45,022 nt of DNA from a virus (taxonomy: Duplodnaviria > Caudoviricetes). Below the pieces are notes generated by a model that worked only from the letters and a program-made list of their open reading frames with translations, had not been told where the DNA came from and searched no databases. Made by a program: the position numbers and the translations under genes. Positions 19,224 through 27,823 of this stretch are shown one piece after another. Each line of letters opens with the position of its first letter. Positions within the stretch are counted from its first letter, which is position 1. The stretch is taken from the IMG/VR virus record IMGVR_UViG_3300021560_000007, positions 1-45,022 of that record. One strand, given 5' to 3'.

Positions 19224-19427
19224 ATGGAAATGAAGATAATTGCATTAGTACTGCTTGGGCCGCTCTCAGCGCTCTATGATCTTTGCACGAATCCGGCGGC
19301 TCCGCCTCAGATTTTCGTTGCTCAATATGAGGAATCATTCGGCCATCCTCCTGGGGCAAATATACCGACCCCAACTGCCATTAAGTTTCACAAACCGGTG
19401 AAACACGTTTACGTAAGTCACGGCTGA
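19224..19427 (+). CDS. Small exported/membrane protein ending the late operon
   Basis: SD AAGGAG; hydrophobic N-terminus MEMKIIALVLLG. Confidence 0.45.
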   Translation: MEMKIIALVLLGPLSALYDLCTNPAAPPQIFVAQYEESFGHPPGANIPTPTAIKFHKPVKHVYVSHG

Positions 19428-19675
19428 CGACGCAATTTATTTATAAAGCTTTTCATATCTAATCCACGATGCACCAATGCGTGTTTTAGCTGAGTTACAA
19501 AAAACTCGGCTTTAGCCTGTTCCTTATTGCTAGGCCAACTATACCAGCTGGCAGGGAATAAGGGCGCTAGAGCTATTATTTCTCCGTTGGTGAGTTCCAT
19601 TACTTCCTGCCTGAATCGATACATCGGCATTGACACAAGCATTCCAACTTGTTGCGCTGGCGTCGTTGCATACAT
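19418..19675 (-). CDS. Hypothetical protein
   Basis: 85 aa; SD AGGAG; last gene of the minus-strand arm. Confidence 0.6.
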   Translation of the reverse strand: MYATTPAQQVGMLVSMPMYRFRQEVMELTNGEIIALAPLFPASWYSWPSNKEQAKAEFFVTQLKHALVHRGLDMKSFINKLRRQP

Positions 19676-19747
19676 AGTTTACTCCTGTGCACGGGGGCAT
19701 GGAATGTCAGGTACGCCAGGCGCGGGGGCAGGGGCAGGGGCGTGCAC

Positions 19748-20104
19748 TCATCGCTGCACCTGCGATACCGTGGGGCCAGCCGGGGGCGCAGCCGCCTGCG
19801 CCTCAGCCCGCGTGGCGGTAATCTTTTCTTGCAGCCATTCAGAATAATATCGTTCACCGAACTTTTCTTCGCCAAGTTCCTCGTATTCTTGGTGGACATA
19901 TTTATATGCTGAATGGCCGTCCAATAATCGAGTAAGCGAGCTTCGATGTATGTTTGCTATTTTATACAGAATCCAATCCTCAACTCCTATTTTCGACGCG
20001 TAATATAACCCGCAGCGTTCTTCATGAGTAAGCTTTGGGGCGAATTTGCCCTTCCCGCCGACCGATTTTCTACCTGTTTGCTTATATGCTCTTTTCTTGG
20101 TCAT
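19748..20104 (-). CDS. Putative HTH DNA-binding protein
   Basis: Basic N-terminus and HTH-like ILYKIANIHRSSLTRLL; similar to 35525-36103. Confidence 0.6.
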   Translation of the reverse strand: MTKKRAYKQTGRKSVGGKGKFAPKLTHEERCGLYYASKIGVEDWILYKIANIHRSSLTRLLDGHSAYKYVHQEYEELGEEKFGERYYSEWLQEKITATRAEAQAAAPPAGPTVSQVQR

Positions 20105-21507
20105 GCTGGCTTCGCCTGTTTCAAGTGTTTCATGATAGCTTGGAAGATGCTTTCTTTTCTCTGAAGTGCTCCAATAACTCTTTTATCCATTGACGTTCCG
20201 CAGAGGTCAATGTAGGTGACGGCGTTATGTTGGCCGCGTCGGTGATTGCGGTCCTCAACTTGGGATCGGTCATCAAGCGAATAGCTATTTTCAAAAAAGA
20301 TGGTGGTAAAGCAGCGATCCACAGTTCCTCCCCCTCCCAATAACGTATGTCCATACTTTCCTGCCCGTTCTTGGACAAGAATGACACGTACAGACGGATC
20401 GTCGTTGAATCGTCGCTTTTCATTCTCGATTTCATCTGGTTCCATTCCTCCTCTGATCCATGCAGGGTTGTAGTCATTGAGCGCCTCCTTTAGAACATGG
20501 AATGTATACTTGTGGGTGTAAACTATGATGGCCTTCCCTTGAATTTCATCGTCTAGTAAATTCAGCAGGAGTCTGAGCCGAGGATTATTCTGCGGTTCAC
20601 AAATCACATGAACTCTACTATCGTCATCTGTATCGATGATGAACCCGCATTGAATCTGGGCCAGCTTCTCGTACTTCGAGATCGCGGCGTCAACGGTGAC
20701 GTATTTGTCTTCATTCAGCCACAGAACGAAGCTGCGTTCCATGCTCTGATATTGTCGGCGCTGTTCCCAAGTTAACTCGTATTCACGGGTCGTGTAGTTC
20801 TTTTCGGGAAGAGTGGGGAGCCAATCCTTCTTGGTCGCGCGAAACACATGCGGCTCGATTATTTTAGCCAACATGTCTTCGTTTTGAACACCTATCACTT
20901 GCTTATTCTTAAATCCACCCATCCGACAGAACATGCCACGAAACGCATAAAAGTTACGGCCCTCCATTTGCCCGATAGCTCGCATTTGTCCCCAGAGATC
21001 ATGCGGGCCTTGAGAGGTTGGTTTTCCGGTAAGAATTCTGCGGATAACGGCATGACGTGATAACTCAATAGCTGCTTTAGTCTGCTGCGAGTTATGGGTT
21101 TTGATTTGGATTGATTCATCGAAGGCAACATAAGTTGGTTTACGGAGCATCCAATATGATAGGATTTCGCGAAGTGCTTCCGACCGGATAGCTTCATAAT
21201 TAATAATGAGCACCGGAGGCCGGTTAAACCTACGGTCGAAAAAGGCGCTATTCGAAGAATCACCTGAGACGAAAATGTGGGGTTCCACGTCAATTCCATG
21301 TTTTTCGATCTCCTCCGCCCACCCCGATTTAAAACTATTCGGGCATACGACTACGAGACGCGTTACCCCATTAGAAACCATGCTCATAAACTCATGTAGA
21401 ACGCATAGCGATTTGCCCAAACCCATTTCTAAGAAAAACCCGAATCCATGTTTATTTTTTGCGGCTTCTAAACATGCGATCTGTACAGGATCTAACTTAT
21501 ACGTCAT
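20101..21507 (-). CDS. SNF2-family DEXD/H helicase
   Basis: EMGLGKS, FDES, LTGKP, Q.EDRNHRRGQ. Confidence 0.9.
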   Translation of the reverse strand: MTYKLDPVQIACLEAAKNKHGFGFFLEMGLGKSLCVLHEFMSMVSNGVTRLVVVCPNSFKSGWAEEIEKHGIDVEPHIFVSGDSSNSAFFDRRFNRPPVLIINYEAIRSEALREILSYWMLRKPTYVAFDESIQIKTHNSQQTKAAIELSRHAVIRRILTGKPTSQGPHDLWGQMRAIGQMEGRNFYAFRGMFCRMGGFKNKQVIGVQNEDMLAKIIEPHVFRATKKDWLPTLPEKNYTTREYELTWEQRRQYQSMERSFVLWLNEDKYVTVDAAISKYEKLAQIQCGFIIDTDDDSRVHVICEPQNNPRLRLLLNLLDDEIQGKAIIVYTHKYTFHVLKEALNDYNPAWIRGGMEPDEIENEKRRFNDDPSVRVILVQERAGKYGHTLLGGGGTVDRCFTTIFFENSYSLDDRSQVEDRNHRRGQHNAVTYIDLCGTSMDKRVIGALQRKESIFQAIMKHLKQAKPA

Positions 21508-21534
21508 TTTGGATTTCCGTTTTATCTAATATCA

Positions 21535-21873
21535 TTATTCTCTTCCCTCTATCGCCATGGAACAGAGGATCATGGCCATATTCGCCACGTCGGCTGCTTC
21601 AAGAACTATCTCGATCATATTTCCCTCCGCGATCGCGCCATCAAGCTCCGTTACTTCCTCGCGGAGCTTGACCATATATTCGTTGACGCGACCATGTTCC
21701 CATTTTCCCTTGTGGGCATTCTTCCGGAGCTTGAATATCATCGCAGCGATGAAGCGACGAATCTCAGGCTCGTAAGAGTGCAATTGCGGGGGAATTCTGA
21801 TGCTCAACGTCTTCCATCCGGGGTCCAAAGCCGTATATGATTTTGTACTGTCGTTCATTTCGCCTCCTCTCAT
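21535..21873 (-). CDS. MazG-like NTP pyrophosphohydrolase (MazZ/DUF550-like); true start uncertain, probably downstream
   Basis: KLREEVTEL...EAADVANMAM MazG signature; immediately downstream of the purZ-like gene. Confidence 0.75.
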   Translation of the reverse strand: MRGGEMNDSTKSYTALDPGWKTLSIRIPPQLHSYEPEIRRFIAAMIFKLRKNAHKGKWEHGRVNEYMVKLREEVTELDGAIAEGNMIEIVLEAADVANMAMILCSMAIEGRE

Positions 21874-22819
21874 GTTCCACGAGGAACCCTCTCTGGTTGG
21901 ATTGCGGGAAGTAATTCATAAAGTTTAGGAACACATGAGTCGGATCATTCGCCTCGACGGAATCGGCGAATTGCTGCCAACTCCAAGTTGCCACGCGCCG
22001 AATGCGCTTAGTCACCGTTGTCATCTCAGCTGGAACGCCGATCTCATCCCATTCCATCTCGTTTTGATCGGGGTACCATTCGCCGGAATCATGTCCGTCG
22101 ACGTTCCCCACTCTAATTGGATAGGTTCGGAAGCACAGATAGCCCTTTTTGTAACTTGTCACAGGGATTCGCGCGTCCGCCATCGCTTGAGCGAATGTGC
22201 ACTCCCGACTTGTTACTTTCGGATAGAATTTCGGATCATTAATTCCAAGCGAGAATCCCTGAGATACTTCCATAAAATAAGGTGCATAAGCAGTATCCAC
22301 GATCCTCTCATAATAAGGAAATAGACGTTTGCTAGTATTATTGTAAATAGCAGAAGGATCGCGGTGAATCTTCCTTGCCAGAGCGGCTCCGGTTCCGCTG
22401 CGGGTTCCGGCGACGGCGAATATGGTACTATTGGGATCACGTTCACTGTCGATATCCTTTTTCGAGAGAACAACAGCGTTGGTATGGATGAAGATATCGA
22501 TGCCTGGAAATTTCCGATGTTCTTCCATCAGAATGTTGGCATCGATGATTGATCCCGCCGAGAAATATACGGGAACTGTCCAACCGCGCAGATGCAAGTG
22601 TACGGCGAAGGTTGGCAGTTGTTTCAGCACGATTTTTTCGTTCTGAAACCAGCTTGTGTGCCCCGAATTCGGTCCAGCGCTTGTGATGACGCCCGCCCAC
22701 GGAATGATCTCATCTATGGAGCAATCCGCGAGCCACGAAGCAAGGAGACCCTTACCTTCGGAGCCATATTGTCCACCAGCTAGAATGTGGACGCCTGTCG
22801 GCGAGAATAAGTCGCTCAT
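21764..22819 (-). CDS. purZ: PurZ-type N6-succino-2-amino-deoxyadenylate synthase (adenylosuccinate synthetase homologue)
   Basis: GGQYGSEGKG (Ser where PurA has the catalytic Asp), GPNSGHT, QGFSLGIN..FYPKVTSREC, RTYPIRVGN, TTVTKRIRRV, FLNFMNY. Confidence 0.85.
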   Translation of the reverse strand: MSDLFSPTGVHILAGGQYGSEGKGLLASWLADCSIDEIIPWAGVITSAGPNSGHTSWFQNEKIVLKQLPTFAVHLHLRGWTVPVYFSAGSIIDANILMEEHRKFPGIDIFIHTNAVVLSKKDIDSERDPNSTIFAVAGTRSGTGAALARKIHRDPSAIYNNTSKRLFPYYERIVDTAYAPYFMEVSQGFSLGINDPKFYPKVTSRECTFAQAMADARIPVTSYKKGYLCFRTYPIRVGNVDGHDSGEWYPDQNEMEWDEIGVPAEMTTVTKRIRRVATWSWQQFADSVEANDPTHVFLNFMNYFPQSNQRGFLVEHERRRNERQYKIIYGFGPRMEDVEHQNSPAIALLRA

Positions 22820-23178
22820 GTGGTCAACCTCGGACGAAGATTGTTAGCGATTGTGCGCATTTTCCGCTCCATATCATCAGGTTGCTGAGGAGGGAGCGTT
22901 ATTCGCTGGACGACTAAAGTTGCATAACCTGCGATATCCTCCCAATGACCGATTGAGTCGGGATTCCCGGCCAGAATGCGCGCTATCTTGTGCACATTCA
23001 TTTCGAGCGCCTCTTTCTGAATTGGGGATAGCTTTTCCCAATTCGGCGTTGCGTGCATTACATCTTTCAACTCTTGCGTGATGCGAGCTTGATCGGTGAA
23101 ATCACCGTGTTCAAGTCCACGGAGATGCAATAGTTCGTTGATTCCTACCACTGATCCACTCCTTGATTGTTTCGGCAT
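22816..23178 (-). CDS. DUF6378-like protein (putative dNTP diphosphohydrolase)
   Basis: RG..HGDF...ALEM..HKIARIL.G.PD...HW.DIAGYA motif; ATGA-coupled to purZ. Confidence 0.7.
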   Translation of the reverse strand: MPKQSRSGSVVGINELLHLRGLEHGDFTDQARITQELKDVMHATPNWEKLSPIQKEALEMNVHKIARILAGNPDSIGHWEDIAGYATLVVQRITLPPQQPDDMERKMRTIANNLRPRLTT

Positions 23179-23515
23179 AGTTCATCCCGTCGGGTTGTCT
23201 GTATGCCTTAGTTATGAACGCTTCATGCGCCCAATCTCCAATGTACATTATCTCCTGTCGCCAGCCTATAATAACTGGGAAAGCACACCCACTCGCTTTG
23301 ATAATTTCTAGCCCCTCCACATATTGACGCGGGGTTGGCGCAAATTTCAATCCGTCCGTAATCTTCGCCTCGACGAATAGAGTGAAGTGGTTCGGGGGCA
23401 CGATGATAATGTCGAGAATGCCGACGGCGTATTGATCCTCAATTCGGCGAGCATACCAACCCAATTTCCGGCATTGCCGGACCAATTCGGTCTTCAATTC
23501 GGTTTCGTGATTCAA
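23111..23515 (-). CDS. PD-(D/E)XK nuclease / Holliday junction resolvase-like protein
   Basis: E..L....R...RIED....GI.D.....FVEAK.......P.Q. Confidence 0.75.
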   Translation of the reverse strand: MNHETELKTELVRQCRKLGWYARRIEDQYAVGILDIIIVPPNHFTLFVEAKITDGLKFAPTPRQYVEGLEIIKASGCAFPVIIGWRQEIMYIGDWAHEAFITKAYRQPDGMNYAETIKEWISGRNQRTIASPWT

Positions 23516-23718
23516 TTAATCCTCACCGAATCGCGACCCTTGATCACTTCCAGCATATCCTCGAGCATTTCGCGGCTAAAATTGAGGCGAAATATCATAT
23601 TCATGTCTTCATCATAACATTGGACATGTAGATTCTCGCAATGAGTACACTTGTACCATGTCGTCGAATCAGCATAGGGGACTTCTTCGTCCCATCTTTC
23701 GTCAACGATGAGTTTCAT
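23512..23718 (-). CDS. Small Zn-binding hypothetical protein
   Basis: CTHC..LH motif; ATGA coupling. Confidence 0.55.
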   Translation of the reverse strand: MKLIVDERWDEEVPYADSTTWYKCTHCENLHVQCYDEDMNMIFRLNFSREMLEDMLEVIKGRDSVRIN

Positions 23719-23924
23719 ATGAACCCCTGCTTTTTTGCCCACCATTCCGGCACATGCATGAGAACATGGCCGTCTTCATCGCGCTCGCGAATTATCTCGC
23801 AGCGGGATTTTGGTGCCCAGCCTTCTTTGCCGGACATGAGATCAATCACAAGCCACGCTTTTTCAGTCGTGTGTTCGATTGTGCATTCGATCTCAATCAT
23901 ATCGTCACCGACTCGATATCCCAT
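23715..23924 (-). CDS. Small hypothetical phage protein
   Basis: TEKAWLV...W.PKS...VPEW.A...G motif; directly after promoter P2. Confidence 0.65.
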   Translation of the reverse strand: MGYRVGDDMIEIECTIEHTTEKAWLVIDLMSGKEGWAPKSRCEIIRERDEDGHVLMHVPEWWAKKQGFI

Positions 23925-23934
23925 CGTGGCCCTC

Positions 23935-23963
23935 ATTTTAACACACCGTGCACGCGCTGTCAA
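23935..23963 (-). promoter_or_regulatory. Sigma70 promoter P2
   Basis: TTGACA-17-TAAAAT with GTG extended -10. Confidence 0.85.
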
Positions 23964-24244
23964 GATCTCTTTGCACCTATGGACTTAATAAACTCATCAT
24001 AATGCCCTAACATTTTCATTCCCTTAAGCAATTCTTCGTCGCCAGCCAACTCGATTATTTCTTCATCGTTTGGTTTTCGTGTCTGGCCTCCTTCATATAT
24101 CATGACAGAGCGACAATTAATGCATATTCCGACAGATCCGTCTGCTGGAGGTTCCGAGTAATCAGAATCAACCGCCGTCGCCCCATCCAATATTTCACCA
24201 CAATATGGACAGACATATTCAGGCATACGATGTGACTCAACCAT
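23960..24244 (-). CDS. Zinc-finger hypothetical protein (start uncertain)
   Basis: CPYCG...P..G...CINC. Confidence 0.6.
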   Translation of the reverse strand: MVESHRMPEYVCPYCGEILDGATAVDSDYSEPPADGSVGICINCRSVMIYEGGQTRKPNDEEIIELAGDEELLKGMKMLGHYDEFIKSIGAKRS

Positions 24245-26027
24245 AAGATGCCTCCGCCCAGTTTGAACCTGTGCCCAATTCATATGGAATCGGAACGATG
24301 ACACCCAATTCAGTCGGCACGTTCTCGATTATCTTCACTAGTTCGCTGGTGTCAAATCCCTTATGTCTCTGCCAGAGCAAAGAATCATGAATAGTCATCA
24401 ACACCTGAACCTCTGGGTGCGCCTCCTCATATTCACAGGCGCGGAGGAGGGTCATCTTCATCAAGTCGCCGCCGGAATTCTGTATAATTCGGCTGACGGC
24501 TCGATAGGCGAATTCAGCCTTATCAAGATGTGCCACTCTACCTATAATAGAGCAGACATAGCCTGTATCGCTGAATATCTTAGTCGCATCCCGTTGAAAT
24601 TTTCTAATCCTTGGGAACTGTTCGTCCAGGAATTTGGAATGATAAGTGAGAGCCGTATCGTAATCCCAACCCATGTGACCAGAAAGTGCTTTCGCGCTCA
24701 TCCCAGTCAAGATTCCCATCCCCATCCTTTTGGCTGTGTCTCGGTCCAATTTAAGACCAGCGGAAGTGAGGTCATGGAGGTCCATAGTTCCGGTGCGGTA
24801 TCCCTCCAATAATCGCTGATCTTCTGAGAAATGTGCGAACAATCGAGGTTCTTGCTGTTTTGCGTCCCCTTCCTGAAGCTCGAAACCGTCATCAGCAATA
24901 ACGAGTCGTCGGACAATCTTCCCGATTTCTTTATCTCTCTTTGGAAACGCCTGAAGATTCGGCTCAGAACAGCTAAATCGCGCCCCGATAACCCCGAAGT
25001 CGTCAGATTTAGATTGATTGAGTGTAGGATGGACTCGTCCATTGATGTTTTTGGTGTCGATGAGCGGGGCGATGAATGAGTCACGGGCTTTCCTCAGCTT
25101 TCTGATAGCGATTATTCGCTCACCAATTTCATTCGTCCGAAGCCAGCCTTCAGTGAAAGAAATGGCCCCAGTCTTAGTACGTGAGAATTGTTCGTTCCTA
25201 AGGCCATTTGCACGGTACAAGGTTTCGACATTTTTCGGCGAAGAGACGTTGAATCCTGGGGGGAAGAGGCTGCTGGCTGCGTCGATTTTTTGTTGGATGA
25301 TTCCGGCTGGTCCACTTAACTCCCTCCCGTATTCGGCATCGACTTTCAATCCCCGTGCATGAATGCGCGCGACACGATGAATAAGCTTGCATTCCAACTC
25401 GTGAACTCGACGCAGGTTGAAGTTCTTGCGCGGGACTAACGCATCCAATAACGGTTGCTGTGCTTGCCACAATTCTAAAGTAGAGATGCCATCGCCCGTA
25501 GCATAATCGATAACAACTGGATCATCGCCATTAAGCTTGTGAAAGTGAGCCATTGATTTGCGATCCGGCAAACCGCCATATTTCTCCGAGATTTTCCGAT
25601 ACACAGCATCGCCAAGCTTAGCAGTGATATTATACCGTTTGCAACAATCATCGAGGCCATAACCCCTTGTTGTATCATTGATCAATGCCTCATTTATCAT
25701 TGTGTCTTCGAGCGGGTATCCCAAGGTGACCCCGACCTTCCCCGCCATCCGCAGATCGAAACCCAAATTGTGCCCGATGGTTCGGAAGCCCCTCCTCTCC
25801 CTATCTTTAAGCAGTAAACCCAATACTCTATGGAACTCCCCTGGATCAAGTATATTTCCTCCACCAGTGTGGGAAACGGGGACATATACGCTTGCTTCTG
25901 AGTCTGTGAACACCCATCCCACAATAGAATCACGAATCTCAACTCCAGTTGTTTCGGTGTCGAATGCCATAAGGGGGGAGAACTGGACGATTTTGAGTGC
26001 GCGCTCGATATCAATGCCCTGAAACAT
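24237..26027 (-). CDS. Family A DNA polymerase with 3'-5' exonuclease (DpoZ candidate)
   Basis: DTETTG, GHNLGFD, YATGD exonuclease motifs; RFSCSEPNLQ, D.KQQEPR, R..AK, IQ.SGGD..K, HDS. Confidence 0.92.
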   Translation of the reverse strand: MFQGIDIERALKIVQFSPLMAFDTETTGVEIRDSIVGWVFTDSEASVYVPVSHTGGGNILDPGEFHRVLGLLLKDRERRGFRTIGHNLGFDLRMAGKVGVTLGYPLEDTMINEALINDTTRGYGLDDCCKRYNITAKLGDAVYRKISEKYGGLPDRKSMAHFHKLNGDDPVVIDYATGDGISTLELWQAQQPLLDALVPRKNFNLRRVHELECKLIHRVARIHARGLKVDAEYGRELSGPAGIIQQKIDAASSLFPPGFNVSSPKNVETLYRANGLRNEQFSRTKTGAISFTEGWLRTNEIGERIIAIRKLRKARDSFIAPLIDTKNINGRVHPTLNQSKSDDFGVIGARFSCSEPNLQAFPKRDKEIGKIVRRLVIADDGFELQEGDAKQQEPRLFAHFSEDQRLLEGYRTGTMDLHDLTSAGLKLDRDTAKRMGMGILTGMSAKALSGHMGWDYDTALTYHSKFLDEQFPRIRKFQRDATKIFSDTGYVCSIIGRVAHLDKAEFAYRAVSRIIQNSGGDLMKMTLLRACEYEEAHPEVQVLMTIHDSLLWQRHKGFDTSELVKIIENVPTELGVIVPIPYELGTGSNWAEASYG

Positions 26028-26136
26028 GAGAACCTCTAAGAAGGGAGGTGGGGAAGGTCCAACCAGAAAGTCCCTTCCCCACCCTCTCGCAACTAACCGG
26101 GGGTTTACCCTTGATGGGGACTGTCAGTTGCCAGGT

Positions 26137-26985
26137 TCAAAACTTAGTGTTCTCATCGCGGACTGCATTTGAGCGGGGACGTCCACCGTTGGGATACGTA
26201 GGGTTTTCTGCGTCCTGTCTCTCGTCGCTAGCGCGGAACGCGATGTCCTTGTACTGTTCGAACATCGATCGCGCAATTTCGCCGTCGCTCTCGTCCGGGA
26301 AGCCAGCGGACTTGTAGCTGTAGTTAAAGTAGGTAACGTTGTCCGGTCCTTTGTCAACCACCGAGCCGATCGAATACAGCTGATAGAAGTGGTCAACAGG
26401 CTTCGCGTCGATCAGCGAAAGGAGATTCTTGCACGTCTTCACCGATCCTCGTGTATTGAGGATGATTGACGGCCCGAGGTCCATTCGTTGCGGGAAAAGC
26501 CACAGCATCTCATAAGTAAGAGCAGCGGCGGGAGGCGATTGCGGGTCGTCGTCGCGGCTGGAACCGAATTCGGCCAGTCCTGATTCGGCAACCGTTGGAG
26601 CGAGCTTCCAAACGTATTCCTTCATGTTGCCTTTGAATTTCACCCGAAATTCGCCCTCTGGCGGGTCCCAATGGATCGCGTCCCTCGACCGCGCCAGAAT
26701 GCCCCGCTCGTCGCCCCTCGGAGCCCAGAGCACGTGGGTCTTCCGCATTACGATCGGGATGCCCAGCAATTCGGCACCGAGCGATTCGTTGAGGATCGAA
26801 TGCCAAAATTCACCTGGCTTCGCGCCCTCGAATTCCTCGATTTCGGTCGAGACCTTCTGCAGGAGCTTGATGCGCGGGATGATAAGATCGGTTCGGTCGA
26901 TGTTGCCGATCCGATTTTCTTTGGCCTTGCCCCGAAGATAATCGGGGAGTGCATGGTTGCCTGTCTGTGCGATTTCGTTTGTCAT
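26137..26985 (-). CDS. Putative ssDNA-binding/annealing protein
   Basis: ATG at 26985; DLIIPRIKLLQ..S.E motif, charged tail ending in F; upstream of the polymerase. Confidence 0.6.
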   Translation of the reverse strand: MTNEIAQTGNHALPDYLRGKAKENRIGNIDRTDLIIPRIKLLQKVSTEIEEFEGAKPGEFWHSILNESLGAELLGIPIVMRKTHVLWAPRGDERGILARSRDAIHWDPPEGEFRVKFKGNMKEYVWKLAPTVAESGLAEFGSSRDDDPQSPPAAALTYEMLWLFPQRMDLGPSIILNTRGSVKTCKNLLSLIDAKPVDHFYQLYSIGSVVDKGPDNVTYFNYSYKSAGFPDESDGEIARSMFEQYKDIAFRASDERQDAENPTYPNGGRPRSNAVRDENTKF

Positions 26986-26986
26986 T

Positions 26987-27484
26987 TTACACCTTTGTGA
27001 TTGAAGTGTAGGGCTTGAGGCTGACGTTGAACAGAGAACCAGGCATTTCCCGGCCATGGTCCGTTGTTTCCGATTTTGCGAATGATGCGAGCGTTTGAGC
27101 GTTGACTGTCTCGATGATTAACGCGCCATTCCCGCCGTCACGAAGCCAATCGAATGCCTCAGGCTTCTTGCCGTCGAGGATTGAACATCCCCACTTATAC
27201 GACACGGTTACGCGCCCGATGTCTTCGATCGTCATCGTTTTGATGAATTTGGCCTTGAAGGCGTCGGGTATATCCACATAAGACATGTGGTCTTCGAGAT
27301 CGTCGAGGGCTACTCGAACTTTCTTGATCGCCTCGTTGACTTCTCGAAGCTTGACGAAGTGGCGGACCAATTCAATATGGTCGCCTTCTTCGATGGTGTT
27401 GACTGTATCCAGCCTGACCGCATAGGAAGCTTCTTTCAATACTTCCAACGCAGCGGATAGCGCTAACAATGTGTGCGTTTGCAT
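26987..27484 (-). CDS. Conserved replication-module phage protein
   Basis: Coiled coil plus AFDWLR..G.G.LI.ETVN.QTL motif; SD GAGG. Confidence 0.7.
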   Translation of the reverse strand: MQTHTLLALSAALEVLKEASYAVRLDTVNTIEEGDHIELVRHFVKLREVNEAIKKVRVALDDLEDHMSYVDIPDAFKAKFIKTMTIEDIGRVTVSYKWGCSILDGKKPEAFDWLRDGGNGALIIETVNAQTLASFAKSETTDHGREMPGSLFNVSLKPYTSITKV

Positions 27485-27526
27485 CTTGACCTCATGTTCC
27501 AGACACTCCATCGCGTCCGTGCGCCC

Positions 27527-27555
27527 ATTTTAACACGCCGCGCGCGTCCTGTCAA
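27527..27555 (-). promoter_or_regulatory. Sigma70 promoter P3
   Basis: TTGACA-17-TAAAAT with GTG extended -10. Confidence 0.85.
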
Positions 27556-27580
27556 GATGTCTTTGTGCCTGTGCACGTTC

Positions 27581-27619
27581 AAAAGAGCGCTCCGCCCCGA
27601 GGCACAAAGGGCGGAGCGC
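27581..27619 (-). terminator. Intrinsic terminator
   Basis: GCGCTCCGCCC/GGGCGGAGCGC stem followed by TCTTTT on the minus strand. Confidence 0.6.
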
Positions 27620-27657
27620 CTATCTAGCGCCCGTAAATGGGGAGAACAAGCGCCAGA

Positions 27658-27822
27658 TTACTTGCGGCTGTGTTTATACTTGCCGCCGTGTTTCGCTTCG
27701 TTACGCTTTTCGCTGAGCATAATGGCGACGGCCTGCTTCTGGCTCTTAACCACCGGCCCTTTCTTCGAGCCGGAATGAAGCTTGCCTTTACCCCATTTGT
27801 GCATCACTTCGGACGAGGGCAT
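27658..27822 (-). CDS. DUF6496-like small basic protein
   Basis: MPSSEVMHKW..GKLHSGS..G.VVKS.KQAVAI.LSE; SD GGAGG. Confidence 0.7.
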   Translation of the reverse strand: MPSSEVMHKWGKGKLHSGSKKGPVVKSQKQAVAIMLSEKRNEAKHGGKYKHSRK

Positions 27823-27823
27823 T

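Noticed and set aside
21764-22819. Ordinary auxiliary metabolic purA
   Set aside because: The catalytic Asp is replaced by Ser, the TKLD-type GTP motif is replaced by NFMN, and the neighbours are nucleotide hydrolase-like genes
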